Source of the DNA: Octopus sinensis
Lineage: Eukaryota
DNA: 64,000 nucleotides
Direction: 5' to 3'
Assembly: GCF_006345805.1 (NCBI RefSeq)
Contig: NC_042998.1
Location: forward strand, 191,704,001-191,768,000
Each line of letters starts with the position of its first letter. Positions within the stretch are counted from its first letter, which is position 1. The notes under the pieces were generated by a model. The model was not told the DNA's origin and ran no database searches. It saw only the letters and a program-made list of their open reading frames with translations. This document shows, piece by piece, positions 1 through 12,226 of the stretch. The translations under genes and the position numbers were made by a program.

Positions 1-559
1 GATCCAAAGAAACATCGAGGATATGACAGTTAAAGGGATAAAGGGCTGCTCTAATAGTCAGCTAGTCCTCATCTTCAGTTAAGTTTACTAGAGCAAAATG
101 AAAAAGGATTCTTTGCTTCCGGACACAAACTCGCCGACCAGTCCAAGAATCGAATCCACAAACTAATGCCCTTTTATATTACGATTTATTCACCAAATTT
201 TTTTCTTGTTTGCAAATTAAAAGGGTAACATGCATGTGGGAACTAAACACACACAGACACATATACACATTCACATTAAGACACAAACGGTGCTTATTGT
301 TACGAAGGAGTAGTAAATACGCTGAACGTAGCTACAAGAAGCAAACGGCACCAGTTGAAATTTCAGTTGTAAATTAAGCTCTTAAAAATCGACATCATAC
401 TATGTGCCTACCTCTTATAAGATGGTACACATCCACACATCTTGAAAATACCATATATATATGGTATACCCTTCTTTGTATAAATGTCCTATAAATTCCT
501 CACAGTCTTGGTTATGTTGTCACATTTTATTTAAGACACACATATACAAACACACACAA

Positions 560-596
<37 letters not shown>

Positions 597-696
597 ATAA
601 TTATTTGGAGGGATTATTAATCCTAACTTACAGGGAAAAAATTTCAATTTAGAATTACTAAATCGAATTTCACACAATATAATATATATATATATA

Positions 697-990
697 AATT
701 AGAAAAAAATACCTTTTATTAATTCAAAATGAACAATTAAATTACACCATCTAGAAAATTACATATAATAGAAATATTAAAATTAAAATAACAAAAAAGA
801 CCCAATGATAAAGTAAATTGCAAAAATAAATGAAATAATTATATACGTTTTTTATTATTTTTTTGCAATTTACTTTATCATTGGTATTTTATTGTTATTT
901 CAATTTTAATATTTCAATTATATGTAATGTTCTAGATGGTTTAATTTAATTTTTCATTTTGAACTGATAAAAGGTGCTTTTTTGTAATTT
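697..990. repeat. AT-rich fold-back (inverted repeat) element, ~145 bp imperfect arms, flanked by (TA)n
   Basis: Left arm aaattagaaaaaaataccttttatt...caatgataaagtaaattgcaaaaa is the imperfect reverse complement of right arm tttttgcaatttactttatcattgg...ataaaaggtgcttttttgtaattt. The spacer is short. Confidence 0.8.
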
Positions 991-1006
991 ATATATATAT
1001 ATATAT

Positions 1007-2576
1007 CAGGAGTGGCCAAACTTGCTTAATGCAAGAGCCATATTCGATAAAGTTCAGATGTTTGAGAGCCAGAAGCATGAACAAAATTTACCGATGTGTT
1101 TTTGTTACATACACATTTAATTACAAAAATTTTATATAGATATTAAGAAATGCATGTATGCAATAATATTTATTCATATATGCAGTTTTTTAAACTGTTA
1201 ATTCGTACTGGTTTCAGTGATAAAAAAATACACATATATATAGCAAATGTTTTCAAAATCTTGGCTGATGATTGCTTAAACTATATTGAGCATATTTAAT
1301 ACGGTAATGACCTACGGGAACTTCTAAGAAAGATGTGCGAATTTGCATTTCAGTAACATAAAATTAAACTGCCAAAACAACGCCAAAGAGGAAACAAAAA
1401 TTATGTTATTTATATGTCTTGGTAAATATCTAGTGAAAATATGGAGGAAACTATTTTTTAAAAAAGCCAACCAATAAAATTTGAGATATTTTAATCACAT
1501 ATCACCTTACAAAATTACAGTGTTATCATAAAATTTGTATGACAGACAGACAATGCTATAAATATCGGGCTATTAAAGCCGCTATTTACTGGTAGCAGAC
1601 GTCTTGTGTGTCTCCATCTTGGCTGTGAGTTGTTGAAAATCTGGATGATATGTTGTCAAAGCTGTACAAATTAGCTCCGCCATGTGTTGGTTTGTAAGGA
1701 TTGCACGATGCTTCGACTTCACAAACTTCATTACAGAGTACATTGTTTCCTATTCTGTGCTGAAAATTGAAATGAGTCGCACACTAGTTTTCTTCAGTTT
1801 AGGATATCTTATTTCTGGAACTTGCTTCCAGAACTCTGTTGCAGACTAGGATTTATGGATCATCTTTAGACCCAGCTCCTCCATTATTTTTATTTCCACA
1901 GCAGATGATTCCATAACCAGATGTTCGAGAATTGAATATCCATCATTGACCACATCAGCCATAAATAGATTTACAAGGAAGGCGAATCAGGGCTTCAGCT
2001 TCCGTAAGTCATCAAACCTGGCCAGAAAATTATCGAGCAGTCCTTGTAATGTATCTTTGTACTCTTCCAGTGGTCTTTTATTTCAATGTCAGGGGATGTA
2101 TTTACTCTCCTACGGAGATTGGGAAAATGAAAAACCTTTATTTTATATTGAAAAACCTTTATTTTATTCTGAAAGCTCAAAATTGTCTAACATCAGAAAC
2201 AATCATATTCTTCATCTGAAATGCCAAGTTGAGAGTTTGCAGATGATTCTTTACATCAGTAAGGAACATCAGATCTTGCATCCATTAATCATTCTTCAGT
2301 TGAGGATAGTATCTTTTATTTTCTTTCAGAAAAGTAATAATAGGCTCCAACAGATTAACGAACTTAGGACATTGCTGGTTGACAGCCATCTCACAATGCA
2401 GTAGAAAGAGACATCTCTGGGTTTATCTTCAATAAAATTTCTGAACTGTTGGAATGTCTTCCCATTTAAGCGTATGAAATTGACAATTTCAAGGACAGAT
2501 TTCGTACTCGAAGAATCACGATAAAAAATACATTGAACATGGAGAAACTCTGGAAAGCTGGGGTCATTTTTCATAA
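1007..2576 (-). mobile_element. hAT DNA transposon remnant (Charlie/GTF2IRD2-EPM2AIP1-like transposase, C-terminal half, disrupted) with 3' TIR
   Basis: Minus-strand translation gives DPSFPEFLHVQC..LEIVNFIRLNGK..FYCIVRWLSTSNVL (2326-2574) and FWKQVPEIRYPKLKKTSVRLISIFST..TMYSVMKFVKSKHRAILTNQHMAELICTALTTYHPDF (~1590-1860). A TIR-like CAGGAGTGGCCAAACT starts at 1007. Stops and frameshifts are present. Confidence 0.85.
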
Positions 2577-2578
2577 GT

Positions 2579-2639
<61 letters not shown>

Positions 2640-2640
2640 T
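2577..2640. repeat. (GTA)n microsatellite
   Basis: Pure GTA run that truncates the hAT transposase remnant. Confidence 0.95.
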
Positions 2641-3000
2641 GCTGTTGTGTACATGAATATCACGACCCGCCCAAGTGAATCTTTTCCCGAAGATTTCCAT
2701 CTACGGCCGTTCCGTTACCCACTTTCCTTCTAACATCGTTAACCGACTATTGCAATGTCTGACTGCTGGTCATTCCGCTTTTTAAAAGTGAAATCTGAGT
2801 TGAGGTAGTTTTGGCTACAGCTTCTAGCAGATCGAAAAGTAGCATACGTGTTCCATCGTACATTAGCTGTATAACGTGGGGGGAGTGAAAAGATGGATGC
2901 AGAATACCTTTCCCCTGTCAAGTATGAGTTATGCTGTATCCAGACTTGGTTTTCAATAAATCTGTCTATATGTTGTAGGTTATTGTGCCAGATGTATACA
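2641..3000 (-). mobile_element. possible RTE-like LINE 3' fragment ending in a (TAC)n tail
   Basis: Higher-complexity sequence. The minus strand reads ttagaaggaaagtgggtaacggaacggccg (LEGK.. motif reminiscent of RTE C-termini) shortly before the simple-repeat tail. Weak similarity only. Confidence 0.3.
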
Positions 3001-3099
3001 CACATTTCATTAAAGTAGATAGATATTTACAAAATGGCTAGCTTTTTATAAGCTAGTCTGTAGTGGAAGGGAGGTGCGATATAGAGACGTGTATTTTTA

Positions 3100-3123
3100 T
3101 GTTTGTATGCATATATACATATG

Positions 3124-3176
<53 letters not shown>

Positions 3177-3185
3177 ATATATATA

Positions 3186-3216
<31 letters not shown>

Positions 3217-3390
3217 CATACACACATATATACATATATATATATACAAATACAGACAGGCATACACACACATATATATATATGTATATATATATATGTA
3301 TATATATATATGTATATATATATGTATATATATATATATATATATATGAATATATTAATGTATACCCATGAGTATATGTATATGTTTTCA
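3100..3390. repeat. (TA)n/(CA)n compound microsatellite
   Basis: Direct inspection; source of the IY/YI ORF artefacts. Confidence 0.95.
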
Positions 3391-3913
3391 TGTTCGTGTT
3401 TGTGTCTATATGTTTTGCTAATTTGCTGAAATATTGCATATGTCAATTTAGACAGCTGAAAATATAATTTAATATCACATTAAAATGTACACCGTGAAAT
3501 TGTGTGTTTAACTGGCTATTGCACAAGACCATATTGTATGAAACTGTCAAAACATACATTTCGATAATTGCTTGAAGTTGCAACAGTTTTCGTGTGATAG
3601 GGCATCTGCTAATTTTCTGTTTAATTAGAAATGAGACAATGTCACTTAGTGTAATTTGTAATGCTTAAAATACAGGCACCAGTATTATAATCGTTTATGT
3701 GTATAGAAACAGTCTTGGTCTTACAGTGCTGATTGCTTTATTCATTGATTTAGAAGAGACATCTTATAAATATAGACATTCTATAACACATAGAGTTTAA
3801 TGATTTATAAAATGTTTTGTCTACTGAAATTAATTATAATCTTCATTTCATTGTACAAGGTAACGTCTATGATGATATAAAAATGAAGCTGTTTCAGACA
3901 GTACATGAAATAT

Positions 3914-4289
3914 GGGTGGAAGCACTCAGTCGGTTGCGACGACGAGGGTTCCGGTTGATCCGATCAACGGAACAGCCTGCTCGTGAAATTAACGTGTAAG
4001 TGGCTGAGCACTCCACAGACACGTGTACCCTTAACGTAGTTCTCGGGGATATTCAGCGGGACTCAGAGAGTGACAAGGCCGGCCCTTTGAAATACAGGTA
4101 CAACAGAAACAGGAAGTAAGAGTGAGAGAAAGTTGTGGTGAAAGAGTACAGCAGGGATCACCACCATCCCCTGCCGGAGCCTCGTGGAGCTTTAGGTGTT
4201 TTCGCTCAATAAACACTCACAACGTCCGGTCTGGGAATCGAAACCGCGATCCTACGACTGCGAGTCTACTGCCCTAACCACTGGGCCAT
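3914..4289 (-). mobile_element. tRNA-derived SINE, family C
   Basis: Minus-strand head tggcccagtggttagggcagtagactcgcagtcgtaggatcgcggtttcgattccc (A/B boxes). Homologous to 32876-33188 and 54045-54239. 8-bp TSD tgaaatat at both ends. Confidence 0.9.
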
Positions 4290-6419
4290 TGAAATATATA
4301 CTGGGTCTGTAAACAGGTGAAATATATTCAAAATAGCGATAATTTGCTTCTCAGCACCTTACCCATATTACTTGGTATACAAGCCAAATCAGTCTTCTCA
4401 GCTCAGTAAGGCTCAGCAGTTTTACATCCGCCTAATTGAGTCTGCTACATTCTGTCTGATGAAATACATACCAAATATATACCTGTATTTCAGATACTGC
4501 TACGGTATGGCACATTTCTAAGTACCGTGGATCAAGAATAGCTAAACTGCACGAACAATATTCTCTGAAATCAGTTAAGAAATTTTGTAATTCTAGAAGC
4601 TGTTTAGTAAAATGTGAGTTTTCACCAAATAATAGTGTGCTCCATCACATGTTAGTCTCGACAAACGGAAAGAAAATGATCGCATTTGTCTCACTTTTAC
4701 AGTAGTTAGAATGGTTTCTACAATTCGAAAAATTCAATCAACAGCAGTTAGATTACAATCACCTGGTTTCCTTTTCCAACAGTGGAAGAGGTACATCTCA
4801 GAAAATTCTATGTTGCACATCATGAAGCGATTCCATTACAACATAAGGTGTATAAATTTCTGTGCCAACATTTACACATATTCTCTGTGTCCTAAGAGAA
4901 CAATAATATTTATTCCTATGTATTATTTTCTACAGTGTAAACGTATTGAGCTGTTTCCTATTTTCCTATTTTACAGTTAGTGTATAAAATATTTATTAAG
5001 TTTTAATCATGACAACGGCTAAAACCGTAAATAAAGATTGTAACTAATTTAAATAACAGTTGATCTTTGTAAGGAGAAGGATGGTTACTAGTGTTTATCT
5101 TCTGAAGAGTGGCTAACCATAAATGCATCAGGAAACGGTAATCACTTTATTTTCTCATAAACGAACAGAATAACAAGATGCAATACGCAACGTAAGCGTT
5201 ACAGACTAACGTGCAACTATATAATATTTACCAAGATACATTATTTTCACTCGTTTACACATACACACACTCACACACACAGAGAGAAGTAAGCACAGAT
5301 GCAAAACAAGGTGGTTGAAATAATACTCGAATAACAAAGAGTGAAATACAATTTTACTGAACCTGAACAAATTCCATTCTCAATGCACTAGAAAGCACAT
5401 GCCCAAATTTATGTATTGTGGGATCAAACTTCGAACCATGAGAATGAAAAACGAAAGTTTTACCACATGGGTTAGTCAGCTACTCACACTTTATATTTCT
5501 CATCATCATTTACAACCAGTTCATGAGTGTATCGCCCCTATACTTTCTCATCCTCATTCTTTCATATACTTTCAGTACTAATTCTTCCTTCTAAATTCCT
5601 CAAACAAGAAATCAACTCCCAGAATTTCTGATTTCTCTTCCATCTACGACATTTGATTTTATTCAGACTCGTAATTTATATACTTCACGACATATTACAT
5701 GTATTTAGTAATTCAAAAATATTATTTAAGCCTTTCAACTTAAAACAATGAGTCACAAGAATTGTAAGTATATTGTACTGAAGAATGATTTCTAAGCACA
5801 CATATACAGGATTTATTAGATATGTAGGCATGCCGTATAGTTCTTCGTTCAGAAACTTCATACATTCTGCCGTTCATTCTATAATAGAAAATATTTGTCA
5901 TCGGGGAACATAACGGATTCCTGAACTTTCGCTAACGCGGCCTTGTTTGAGCTACAATTCTTTCGGAACTATCACCTACACTGCTAATTAGGTTCCCTTA
6001 ATAGCAAGAAGAAACATTATTTCAAGAAAGCCAGGCGGACATGTGAGAGAATCTAGAGAAGCTTGTACTTTTAAAGCATATTTTTCTAAAAGAAAAATAC
6101 CTTTTCCGTTAGCCTGTCTTCCATCCTATTATACTTTTCTGTCAATAGTTTATACTGATACATCTTATGAATAATTTAACAGTTTTTTTTTCTTGCAAAG
6201 CAAATACAATTACTTCCATGATATCAGCATAGACCTAGATATATAAGATTTTTTCCCAGGCGGCTGGACTTAATTTCTCTGTTATAGATATTTTAAGCTA
6301 TATTAAACTGGAAGGTGGTGGGACTTGACATCTGGTAGAATCATATACATTATTCTTTACATGTATAAGCACTTAAATGTATAATAATAATTCTCACAAA
6401 TACACACACGCATAAACGC

Positions 6420-6499
6420 GCGCGCACTCACACACTCACACATGCACTTATATGTATATGTACATACATACGTACAAACATACATACATGTATATATAT

Positions 6500-6543
<44 letters not shown>

Positions 6544-6556
6544 ATATACATGTATG

Positions 6557-6588
<32 letters not shown>

Positions 6589-6617
6589 CATACATGTATG
6601 TATGTATATATATATAG

Positions 6618-6648
<31 letters not shown>

Positions 6649-6670
6649 ATGTATGTACGTATATATATAT
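6420..6670. repeat. (TA)n/(TATG)n microsatellite
   Basis: Direct inspection. Confidence 0.95.
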
Positions 6671-6795
6671 GGTGGACTTTGCCTTTTATGTTCTCGGGGT
6701 CGATAAATAAAGTACCAGTTCGCACTGGGGTCTATGTAATCGACTTAATCCCTTTGTTTGTCCCCTCTATGTTTAGTCCCTTGTGGGCAATAAAG

Positions 6796-6799
<4 letters not shown>
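6671..6799 (+). mobile_element. SINE family A, 3' fragment
   Basis: gactttgccttt..ggggtcgataaataaagtaccagtt..gcactggggtc..gtaatcgacttaatcc..ccttgtgggcaataaagaaata matches the body and tail of 8533-8947. Confidence 0.85.
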
Positions 6800-6846
<47 letters not shown>

Positions 6847-8159
6847 AATGTATATATGTATGTATGTATATATGTATATATATTACATCGGAAATGAAAG
6901 CAGTCATACAATGTTGCAAATATTACAAACGTGTATATGGTGTTTGCCATGTATTTCAGCTGTTTTGTGCTCTTTTCCTAATTTTGACCAAATAACAAAT
7001 CATACCGGTTCAACTTACTTCCATCGACTTCAATAAGATTAAAAGCTGAACGCACATTACTTGAACACGAGATATATTATATCAATGTCCCACTTATTAA
7101 TATTTCACGGGATGCAGAATTGGCAAGCAAAGTATTGCAGACAACAGCAATAATAATATTTACTAAATCTACGCTTATTTTTCAAACAGTTTCACAAAAG
7201 GATATTATGGAAATGTTTCTACATAATGAAAAATCCTTCGATATGAATGCGAAATATTAGTATTCTGGATAAAAATATAAAGCTTCTACAATGTATGAAT
7301 ACATATAACACGTTATGGATGCCTATGGAAAATATTAATAAAATGTATGTAATCCGTAACAGCCTTTCAAAATAAGAACCGACTACTTGGAATATTGATG
7401 TATAGTTTTAACTTTCTGTAAATGATTTCCACTGGAAAATCAAATGATTAGTTCTTCCATTGATTATCTGCTTAATCTTATTTGATGGGGATAAATATCA
7501 AGATATATCGATATTGCTGCTAATCAGAAGTGCACAATGTTGCACTTGTGCCTGGATTGATATATTCACAGTTAAATCAATAATCAAATTTGATGAAAAT
7601 CTGTAAAAGTATCCTTTCAAGAACCATCATTTAGATCACTCAAATATTCGCAGCATCTTCTACGAGTAAATTTTAGGCGTCCGCCATGAAATTTAAAGTG
7701 GGACTTGTTTACGAAATTGCCGTGGTACTCACATGACATGTGATAATAATTATGCAGTGATACATAAAAGTCTTTTGGCAAACATTTTGTAGGTTATTCA
7801 GATTTGAAAACCAATATCTTCATCAAAACAAGAGATGATAGAAATCAATAAAATATCAATGTTATTAATTTCTCTGAAACGCCTTTAGAAAGATATAGTC
7901 GATTGACTTGATTTCCACATATTATTGGTAGCTGAATGTAATCGCATGGCAGAATGGTTGCTGTTGAGGTTGAACCAAATATGTGGTAAAGTGAACTATT
8001 GACACACATGTAGACATTTCAAAGCATCTCTATCACATTTCTAGTTTTGTATTACAGGAAAGCCAATATTATCAAAACATAACTATAGTTCTTGGGTATT
8101 TCAACTGGATAATACATGTGTGAGACACCATTCAAACTTATTTGTAATGGTAATACAGG

Positions 8160-8445
8160 CATATAAACGCCGACATATAACACCGACTTTATAACACTAT
8201 CATAAAACGCTGATATATAACAGTGACGTATTCCACTACGATATAACAGATATACAATGCAATAAAATACTGATATATAACTCTGGTATACTACATTGAT
8301 ATATAACACTAATATACAACAGCAATATGTAACATTAGCATATAACACTTGGCATATATGATAGTCATATAACACAGTCATATAACACTAATATAACTTT
8401 GACTTAGACACTGACATAAACTCTGATATATAACACTCATATACG
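8160..8445. repeat. degenerate ~13-nt minisatellite (CTGATATATAACA-like)
   Basis: Repeated tataacac/ctgatatataac units. A similar block occurs at ~9220-9365. Confidence 0.65.
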
Positions 8446-8532
8446 TGTGGGTGGATATCCGTCGCTCGTTGAGGTTGATTCCTTTTTTTTATGTCACTCA
8501 AGTGTTCTACTCCTGACTTAATGCTGAACATT

Positions 8533-8947
8533 AAGGCGGCGAGCTGGCAGAAACGTTAGCACGCCGGGCGAAATGCTTAGCGGTATTTCGTCTGCCACTA
8601 CGTTCTGAGTTCAAATTGCGCCGAGGTCGACTTTGCCTTTCATCTTTTCGGGGTCGATAAATTAAGTACCAGTTACGCACTGGGGTCGATACAATCGACT
8701 TAATCCGTTTGTCTGTCCTTGTTTGTTCCCTCTGTGTTTAGCCCCTTGTGGGTAGTAAAGAAATAGGTATTTCTTCTGCCGCTACGTTCTGAGTTCAAAT
8801 TCCGCCGAGGTCGACTTTGCCTTTCATCCTTTCGGGGTCGATTAAATAAGGACCAGTTACGCACTGGGGTCGATGTAATCGACTTAATCCGGTTGTCTAT
8901 CGCTTTTTGTCCCCTTTGTGTGTAACCCCTTGTGGGCAGTAAAGAAA
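8533..8947 (+). mobile_element. SINE family A, internally dimeric full-length copy with TSD
   Basis: tRNA-like head ggcggcgagctggcagaaacgttagc..gagttcaaatt. The body/tail unit is repeated with junction aaagaaata|ggtatttc. 14-bp TSD taatgctga(a/g)catt at 8519-8532 and 8948-8961. Confidence 0.92.
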
Positions 8948-11639
8948 TAATGCTGAGCATTCAACAAACACACAATTAAATGATGACAGAATTTCTCTGA
9001 CACAGTGCATAATATTGCAGCACCGTTTGAACTGTAGTAACAATCCACCTTCTATACAGTTTCCACTTGCTCAGTTTCACTTACAAGGAATAGATTAACC
9101 TGAAGCTACAGTAAATGAAATTTCCCCAAGACGCCATATATCAAGACCAAACCTTCAACAACGTGATTGCAAAATAATTTTCTTAACCAATCAGCTATAT
9201 TGTATTTATACAGGTATGTTGATGTATTACACTGACATGTAACATTGCCATATAACACTAACGTATAACGCATGTATATAGCATTGACACATAGACGTAT
9301 AACACTGACATACAACACTACCATATGATACTACAATGTAATACTGAAGTATAACATTGATAGCTAACAGTAGGAGAGGTTTCTCCTTTGCGGCATGGCC
9401 TGCTACTATTGACAACCAAATCTTCCTACTATTGACAACCAAATCTTCCTACTGTCTTAAAGAAGGGCATAACACATTGGATAATGTACTTCTCGACACC
9501 CTCAAGAAATAAGGGTGGCCTCTGTGAAAGTCTATTCATTGAGTTTTGATCAGATGTTTAACAACACTAGCAACAACATCAGCAATAACAACCAGCATAC
9601 GATGTCTTAGAATTGTTTGATTAGAAAGGTTAAAAGAAGGAAATTACACAGTGGCAGATGTCAAAAATCGTTCAAAATTATTTGGAAATTTCATCAGCCG
9701 TTTCATGTATTTAAACTCCTTTCCTTGCGCAGAGGCAGTCGGAGGCTAATCTTTCTGTGGTTATTTTGTCTCAGATCACAAAATGATCAAATACATTTCA
9801 TCAGTGACCCCTCCGTCTTTTTGTGTATATATAGGTGTATATTATATGATGTGCACATTATATATAAGTGAGATTATCTGTGGTGGGATAAAAAGCAAAT
9901 TATCTTTAAAAGGATTGAAACTGAGAAATTGAAATTATGTAAATATATACTGAAAGGCATCCCAGTTCAGAGCTCCACTGAATCTATTATTTAAGACAGT
10001 AGGCTGTAATTTGAGGGAAAATTGGCTGTCGGGCAAACTCGTAAATAGCTACCTCCAAGGATCATGGCCAGTTACAGTTAATTCGAGTTTTTGTTATTGT
10101 TAGTTGAGATATATATTTTTCTACTTATGTAGTATGAATATTTCTTCGACTTTGTTTTTTCAGTTTTATCATAGAGATTGCTCAATTACTCAATATTTGT
10201 TTACTCGGGTAAACACCTTATTTAACGGTAAAGAAAACAATTACAATATATGATATTAAATTATTTAATATGCTTCTGTTACACCATTCGAGTAAATATG
10301 TTTTTACAAGAGAAATAGGAATATAAATAAAAAAAATACAAGGATATCCACTCTCACTGAGGAGTGAATAAGACAATTAAAGAAAGTTGTGTTTTTAAAT
10401 TTTCAGTGAACAATTGATCTGAAAGGAAAGATATAATTTTATGCCCACATGGACTTTGCCCCTTCATTAAATAAACATGATCGTTTCTGTAGAGCAAGAC
10501 TAAATATACACTGGCATATAAAATTAACCTTGCACATTAACCTTGAAATATGTTGCTACATTATTCTCCGTGCATGTGGTATCTGTGAAAAAACACTTAA
10601 TCACAAACTTTTACTTGTTTAGAGATTAGATTATTTTTTAGCCTTTGACAAGACTTATTCTGGTAAATTTGGAATCGAAGACATTTCATCAAAGATAACT
10701 ACTATCATTTATATTTAGATATAATGTTTCTCGGAGTACACGAGGAAATGCGTTCTTCCATTATTTTAAGATGGTAGGATGGGACCTGATGAATATTTGA
10801 CAGCAGTTTCTAGTCGGCACAATGGCCGCGCCTAGGCTCCATTTAATGATATGATTCATGGCGAGAATATTAGCAAATAGAAATTGTACTAGGGAACAAC
10901 CTTCACAGAATTGTACTGACATTGTAACAATGTGGACGAACTGGATTATTTTCAAGATAATATTAAGGTACCTAGATCGATGTCCAAAATTTAAAGGGCA
11001 ACGCAAATGACAAAGTAGTTAGATATTTATTTAATGAAATTCATAGAAGCATATCAAGAGCATCAAGGATTTTTACTCTACGTTCTGCATTATTTCATGA
11101 TAAATAATATAGGAAGCATACTTTTGTTTTGTATGATATTAAACCAGAGATAAAACAGATGATGACAATATATTACTGGTTTCTAAAATTAATATGCATA
11201 TGTTTAAAGATTGGTGAAGTTTGAAAAGTACTTTCATGTAGTCTTCATGGTCTTCACAGAACTTTAAACAGTATCGTTTTTAAAGTGTATTACATCGAGA
11301 ACACATTCGATATGATTTAAGTAAACATTTGGTACAACAATATTAAAGTATACAGTGATTTATAGTTCAAAGCACACTAATCGATTGACAAAACAAAATC
11401 TGAAATTATTTTAACTGACATACTAGAACTTTCCATAACAGGGGAATTTGATAACGCTGCAAAAGCTTAAAGTTATGAGCACGTTGACATGTCAATAACT
11501 TGAAAATGAAAGAGAATTTTGATTTGCATTGCAGAGTCCCAGTGGTAACAGTTCATGAAAAGTAAGAGTAATATGAACGTATTTTTATAGCTTAGAAATA
11601 CGTTCGTTTGCACATTCGTAACCACACAAAAGCGCAGGC

Positions 11640-11673
<34 letters not shown>

Positions 11674-11774
11674 CTCTATATATATAGCTCTATATATATA
11701 GCTCTATATTTAAGAGATGAAGAATTATGTACATTATTTACATTTGACGGGTACTTGTCCTCATCATATTTGTT

Positions 11775-11820
11775 AACACAATGTTTCGGCTGATATACCC
11801 TTTAGCCTTCATCAGGTGTC
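11775..11820 (-). ncRNA. minimal type I hammerhead ribozyme motif in the Penelope pLTR (probably decayed)
   Basis: RNA: GACAC CUGAUGA A GGCU-aaaggguauauc-AGCC GAAA CA UU GUGUU. Stem I GACAC/GUGUU, canonical core, stem II GGCU/AGCC. Stem III has a C.A mismatch consistent with CpG decay of ACGU. Confidence 0.75.
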
Positions 11821-11865
11821 TTGGGGAAATTTCCTAATGTTGTTATTATTATTATTACTTTTTTT

Positions 11866-11906
11866 TTTCTTCTTTCAAATTTTCTTCCATTTCTTGCCGA
11901 GTGTCT
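11866..11906 (-). mobile_element. extreme 3' end of an RLE (Dong/R4-like) LINE inserted in the pLTR microsatellite
   Basis: ttctttcaaattttcttccatttcttgccgagtgtc is nearly identical to the 3' terminus at 47172-47213. Confidence 0.75.
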
Positions 11907-11928
11907 TCTTCTTCTTCTTCTTCTTCTT

Positions 11929-11996
<68 letters not shown>

Positions 11997-12001
11997 TATT
12001 A

Positions 12002-12045
<44 letters not shown>

Positions 12046-12055
12046 GTTATTATTG

Positions 12056-12135
<80 letters not shown>

Positions 12136-12150
12136 TATTATTATTATTAT
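11907..12150. repeat. (TTC)n + (TTA)n microsatellite inside the pLTR
   Basis: Direct inspection; source of the poly-F/L/I/Y/S ORFs. Confidence 0.95.
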
Positions 12151-12153
12151 TCA

Positions 12154-12226
12154 GGTCACTGCTTGGAATTGAATCCAGAATCTTGGGGTTAGTAGCCCGC
12201 ACTCTTAACCACTACGCCATATGGGC
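12154..12226 (-). promoter_or_regulatory. tRNA-like Pol III A/B-box segment within the Penelope pLTR (second copy 12794-12866, + strand)
   Basis: gcccata TGGCGTAGTGG ttaagagt GCGGG-CTACTAA-CCCCA agattct GGATTCAATTCC aagcagtgacc: A box, anticodon-like arm and B box, present in both pLTR copies. Confidence 0.7.

Noticed and set aside
8533-8947. Possible ribozyme in the tandem SINE A unit (retrozyme idea)
   Set aside because: Small hairpins exist (CCAGT/ACTGG, GTCGA/TCGAC) but there is no CUGANGA core or HDV-like fold on either strand by inspection.
4440-10800. Isolated CTGATGA heptamers (~4455 and ~10785; also ~1265 and ~29640 minus)
   Set aside because: No properly spaced stem II-GAAA-stem III context; expected by chance.
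10730-11010. GC-richer patch and 81-aa ORF as a candidate exon
   Set aside because: No recognisable motif or convincing splice pair.
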